Assembly (NCBI RefSeq): GCF_036588685.1
Contig: NC_086378.1
Coordinates: 82,336,001 to 82,400,000, forward strand
DNA from: Mytilus trossulus
Lineage: Eukaryota
Direction of reading: 5' to 3'
DNA length: 64,000 bases
The position numbers were made by a program, and so were the translations under genes. This document shows, in pieces, positions 58,901 through 64,000 of the stretch. Positions within the stretch are counted from its first letter, which is position 1. Every line of letters starts with the position of its first letter. Below the pieces are notes generated by a model that was given only the letters and a program-made list of their open reading frames with translations, was not told where the DNA came from and searched no databases.

Positions 58901-61900
58901 TAGAAACTTCTACCAGCTCTTAACTCAAAATATTGACAATTCTGTGTTAAGGGGGTGTAAAATTCAGTTTGACAGCTTCAGACGTGATAAAATTTGACCT
59001 TTTAGAACTGGACCAATTCACTACTTAACATAAAGTTTCAGCACCCAAATTTGTTTGACATGTAATTACATCCCCCTTCTTAATATTTCATGCATTTAAT
59101 ATAAATAAATAAATTGGGACAGTGTATTAAATAAAACATGCAAGTTATACACTGTTTACACTAGGGACTATATTCGTAGACAACGAAAACCAAAGGACGA
59201 TAACTGTGTCCTTGGACCATATGAATATCAGGCACAATCCTACCCGTTAGGGGTTTAGTATCATACCATCATAACATATATGAGAAGAACTTAACCCATG
59301 TCATGCCAACAACTGTTTTTGGATAAATGTGTTTAGTTCCGATGCAAAGACCCTATAAGTGAATCAATATTAACGCCAAAATATGCAATCATTTACTCAT
59401 ACCAAGCTATCAATACATTCAGCATTTACACCAAAGCAATTAAAAACAACAATCATGATTTTCCAATTATTCAATTATTGGCCGCGAACGTGTAGAGTGC
59501 GAACGGACCTTGGGTGTGAAGGTGCGAAGGTGTAGGGTGCGAAAGTATATTGAGCGCGAATGGACCTGATAGCACATTATATAGATTTTTGTCTACATGT
59601 ACCTGTTTACTGTTATATGTAAAAAAATCAGCCACATGAAGACTTTGTCCATAATTTCTTCATTCATGATTAGTCTAAGATTACTCTGATGTCCAGCAGC
59701 TGTTTTGCCAGACAAGCTGGTGCCATGAGACATCAGAGCTCGTCCTATATCAAAAAGTTGATATTTGCCCATCCTAAAATGAATGTGTCGTTTCTTGAGC
59801 CAATTGACAGCCTTGTATCCTTGTTTCTCACAGGCACTTGTCTAAGAAAAAAAATTCTTAAATGACCTGACAACAGTATCGTAACTATATTCCTTCTTAA
59901 TAAGTCTATTTAAAGGTTTTGTTAGTTTCTGCGGTGAATACTGACATTTTTGTGCTTTATAAAGAATATTTTCATCAAAAATTGGATGTGAAAGACCTAA
60001 ACGTATAAGAAGTCTGCATGTTGTCAGAGCTATATTTACGAATGATGTCCTTATACCGATGATAAAATTTAGTATTAAAATGTTTTGACTAGTTTGTGAT
60101 ATTGAAAACCCTGGTGTAATAATTTTTCAGTAATACATAAATTTCTCTCGTTAAAATCTAAAACATTGTTACATACACGAGTGAATCGTACAAGTTGAGA
60201 TATATAAACTCCCTAAGATGGTGACAAGGGAACTTCACTATCTAAAAATGGATAATTAACGATAGGAAATGAAAAATCATCTCTTTTATCATAAATGTTA
60301 GTATTAAGCTTTCGGTTAGTGATATAAATATCAAGATCGAGGAAAGAGCAGTGGTCATTGTTAGTATTAGCTTTATTTAAAGTAAGTTCAACAGGATACA
60401 TTTCTTTAGTATTCATACTGAAGTCGTCATTATTGAGAGCCAAAATGTCAACCAAATATCTAAAAGTATTATTAAATTTGTTTATAAGATGTTGTTTCGA
60501 TGGGTCTTTGCTGATTTTTGTCATAAATTGTAACTCATAGCAATACAAAAAACAGGTCTGCAATAAGTGGTGCACAGTTAGTCCCTATTGGAATACCGAT
60601 AACCTCACGATATACGGAATCTCCAAAGTGAACAAGAATGTTATCCAGTAAAAATTCAAGGGCATATATAGTATCAAAGCATGTCCAATTGACATAGTTT
60701 TTTTGTTTATTGCTACTATAAAATGACCTAAAAGAGTTTGAACATATATATTCACATTCTGACTTTTTAAATGCCCATTTAATTAGGTGGGTGAAATTTT
60801 TCTCAATGAGAATGTGAGACAATGTGGTATACAGTGTTATACAATGTTTGTGAGGCAATGTGGTATACAGTGTTAAACAATGTTCATAAGGTCACGTCTT
60901 TGAAATGTTTAATACAGTACTGTATTATGTGATTTGCTAATTGTTGAAGAAAGTACAGTGACCTATTCTGTCTTTTACCTAATTTGGTATTTGTTGGGCG
61001 GTTGTTTTGTTGGCAATAGTACTACTGCTTTTGAGTTTTTTTAATAATTCTAATCAAACACAAAAAAGGGGAGATAATTGAATTAACTTTCTATTTTATA
61101 GACTGGAATTCATTGGTTGTTGGAAAGATATCTCCATGGCTACAACCAGATTCTCGAGTTGACGTGATTAGAAAGAACTCAGAGGCTGTAAGTTTATACA
61201 TTTATTGGTTTCAATAGAAATAAAGTATTATGGTATGTATATGTTGCCTGAGTTATCATAAAAAGTTAAATGAGAAATTTGGTCTGTTCCATTTACAGAA
61301 TCAATGTATGGTATTCACATATACAGTTGAACCTTGTTGTGTCGAAGTCGAAGGGACCAGACGAAAGTATTCGACTCATCAGAGGTCGAGTCTGACGTCA
61401 TATATTTGAAATGTATGAAAATGTTTACACAGCTTTAATCACTTGTGGAAATGAAAAGGTAAAACAAGAAAAACATCTGTTATGAATTTTATTTTCAAAA
61501 TTGCTGGGTTTTTTTCGATTTATTTTTTAAATTTTGAACTTCGTGACCAGGGTCAATTTACATCAATTTTACATCGACGGGACTTTAGAATTACATCGAC
61601 CTTACCGAGAATTCGAATCATCCGAATTTCGACTCAACAGAGGTTAAAATGCATTGATCAAACCGGAATTATGCCGGAACCGAGAAATTACTTCGACTCA
61701 ACCGAGTTCGACACAACGAGGTTCAACTGTATCATCTTGGATGGATGCTTTATCTACTCAGAAACAAAATTAGTGGCTATATATATATCAGCATGCTATT
61801 AAATACAAACAAATATGATTTAATATCTTTTTTAAACTTTAAATTAGTAGAGTCTTATAATATTAATCAGACTTGATATTTACCATAATACCCTCTCCTA

Positions 61901-62938
61901 TTTACAGGCTTTAAGACAGGAGTTAACTTTTGCTAGTCACTTAGCTATACCGTCTGTACTGATACCACTGAAGAATGGAAATATCACAAATCTAGCCAGA
62001 ATACTGAATGAACATCTTGTTAACAGCTATGCTAATCAGGTAAGTAATGTTATCTATCAATGATGTGATTGTCAAATAAACTTTGAATGCATCTGACATA
62101 ACTACTGGATAAAATATGTTATCCTGATTCACAGTAATTTCTCACAATTTGATTGGCTGATATTGTCCTAATAATTTTAGTGCAATTTTTTATCATGTCA
62201 TTTGGAATTATCTCCCTTATTTATGATGTCAATTGGAATTACCATAGACCTAATAAAAAGATAAAATTTGAGTTGCTTTAAACCTGGTTTAAAGTGGAAA
62301 TTTTTTAAAAGTTTCAGATTAAATATCTATAATATATTTGATTGCTATATTGTCCTAAAATTAAATTTGAATATGATATGTAAAATAACAAAATCAGGAT
62401 AAATTAGTTACACAGTGTTCAATTGTCCTAATACAGAATTTGTCAGGTCAATAAAATTCATATCGTGGTTTGGCTTCGCCTCACCTGATATGAGTTTTAT
62501 TGACCCGATGAATTCTTGTATTCAGACATTTGCACACTGTGTAACTAATAGTATCCTTAGAACTTTATATTTTGATGTTATACCTAGTCTTTTATAGATT
62601 AAATTTTAATGTTATATGCTAAGGAAAATGATTTAATGAAAGAACATTTTATTATGAAATGAGAAGAAAAAAGAAATTGACTTTGATTATTGCACATTCA
62701 ACTTTAATAAGTATTACTCTGACATGTTTCAGTTTATGCTAAACGTAGATATTTAGATTCTACTTAAATCAGAATGGATTATATAATAAAGTTTTTATTT
62801 ATTTTAGTCATACAAACTTCTTGTTTAATTTCAGCAATACTGGATCCATGTCCCAACAATGTCTCCACGGGACCAGATTGATCCATTGATTGAGGGTCAG
62901 ACAGAGGAGATAGAAAACCCAGAAGACACATGGACATG
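55986..62938 (+). CDS. PRMT5: Protein arginine N-methyltransferase 5, 5' part; continues past the window. Exons 55986 (or 56001)-56083, 57608-57726, 61102-61187, 61908-62039, 62835-62938
   Basis: Spliced translation [11 protein letters not shown]...[18 protein letters not shown]...[34 protein letters not shown]...[18 protein letters not shown]...NLARIL...WIHVP...DTWTW matches the PRMT5 TIM-barrel N-terminus. Confidence 0.95.
56325..57056. mobile_element. Non-autonomous repeat with subterminal GTTCGCACCC / GGTGCGAA inverted motifs and AT-rich internal tandem subunits
   Basis: CGTTCGCACCC/GTTCGCGCCC at left, GTGCGAACG/GGGTGCGAAAG at right; repeated TCATGTTTTGG.TAGTGTATTG inside. Confidence 0.65.
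57775..60885 (-). mobile_element. Decayed Penelope-like retroelement (RT remnant plus 3' region), interrupted by insertions
   Basis: Frameshifted ORFs 60858-60535 and 60575-60213: [24 protein letters not shown] (catalytic DD lost), [24 protein letters not shown]. Confidence 0.8.
58284..59218. mobile_element. TIR element flanked by ATAT, with its 5' end duplicated internally at 58765
   Basis: GGCCCGAGAACACAGTTA...TAACTGTGTCCTTGGACC; 58284-58420 is repeated at 58765-58907. Confidence 0.7.
61324..61729. mobile_element. Tc1/mariner (pogo/Tigger-like) MITE
   Basis: TIR CAGTTGAACCT(T/C)GTTGTGTCGAA; TA TSD. Confidence 0.88.
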
Positions 62939-63027
62939 GTAACTTTATACTTATATTTAATTCAAATAAAGGAATGCTGACTTGTAAAAAATCTAAAGGA
63001 TATTTCAAACTCTACCTAATGCATGTA

Positions 63028-64000
63028 CCGTAGATACTCGCTTATAAGTCGGAAGTTTGGGAGTAAAATTCAGAACCCAGAGAGGGGTACCGACTTATAA
63101 GCGAGATTTAGAGACCAGAGGAAAAATCCAAGCTCGAGAAAAGTGGTCAGGAGTGAATTTCCTGGTCAAAACTACGTTGGTGATTACCAAACCTACATAA
63201 ATCCCTAAATTGAAAGTTTTTGGCGAAAATAAATGACTACAATACTGTCTTTGTGTTTTATTTGTTCTCTGTTAACCTTTTTTCTGACAATTTGTGTTGA
63301 ATTGCCGACTGTTTACGGTTTGTGTATTGATTTTCATGGTCAAATGGTTTGTGCATAAACCCAAAAGAAAGAGCCAAGAACCAAAAATGTAAACGAAATT
63401 ACAATGTACCAACTATGTAAAAGGATGAATTCAGTTGAGTTATTGTGTCATTGTTGTGATATAATGATATCAATTCAATACTTATAAATCATACAATAAT
63501 AAAAAATAATTTTGATAGTCATTCCTAAGATCAACATATTATTCATTAAAATGTCTCAGGTAAACACAAAGATTACAAAATTAATAGGCAAGCCAATATA
63601 ATCCATTGATAACCCCTAATTAAGAGACAAAGAGTTGTATTCACTAAAGGTGTGAAAAATATCAGAGATAGGTGAACAGATGACACTAATGAGTTGGGAG
63701 GTATTTTAATATAAAGTTGATTAGCTTCACTTAATTTTTTTTAATCCTTTAATCATCACAATATAAAAAGAATTATGAAGTCTACATGCTTCTTTAACAC
63801 TGAGTTATTTGTGCTGGGAAAAATATTGATTGACTTAAAAAATTTTAAGGTTCATATTGGTTTAAGTTCGCTTTTCTCAAACAATAGGTTGTTAGTCATA
63901 CCCTACAAAATCATTGATGCATTACGTAAACAACACATGGCCAATCTGTAATCAAACAGTGAACAAAACAACAGGAATAAATACATCTTTATTATTAAAA
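63028..64000. mobile_element. Left end of a probable mariner-superfamily element running out of the window
   Basis: TA|CCGTAGATACTCGCTTATAAGTCG with inverted CGACTTATAAGCGAG at ~63091. Right TIR not seen. Confidence 0.55.

Noticed and set aside
60213-60858. Active Penelope-like reverse transcriptase
   Set aside because: Frameshifted, catalytic DD altered to VD, 5'-truncated and interrupted by insertions.

Overview
AT-rich animal genomic DNA with GT-AG introns. The interspersed repeat families suggest a bivalve, probably Mytilus (inference). Six housekeeping genes lie in three head-to-head pairs: NUDT19-like (-, truncated by the window start) / PEPD prolidase (+, 16 coding exons); NOP9 (-, 11 exons) / intronless P5C reductase (+); C5orf22-like UPF0489 (-, 6 exons) / PRMT5 (+, truncated by the window end). 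Introns are full of MITEs, hAT-, MULE- and Kolobok-like elements, a LINE 3' fragment and a decayed Penelope-like element. The most unusual feature is four independent tandem arrays whose unit is the host gene's own splice site plus adjacent exon sequence: a 40-bp donor x8, an 82-bp acceptor x3, a 49-bp acceptor x~156 (8.9 kb) and a 74-bp acceptor x7. All unit lengths are non-3n and only the exon-proximal copy gives an intact protein. The 49-bp unit is branchpoint + YAG|GTCAGA, so it could be a chain of recursive-splicing (ratchet) points. PEPD also has two homologous 69-nt exons only 33 nt apart, the signature of mutually exclusive splicing near the active site. All gene models were read by eye, without RNA data.
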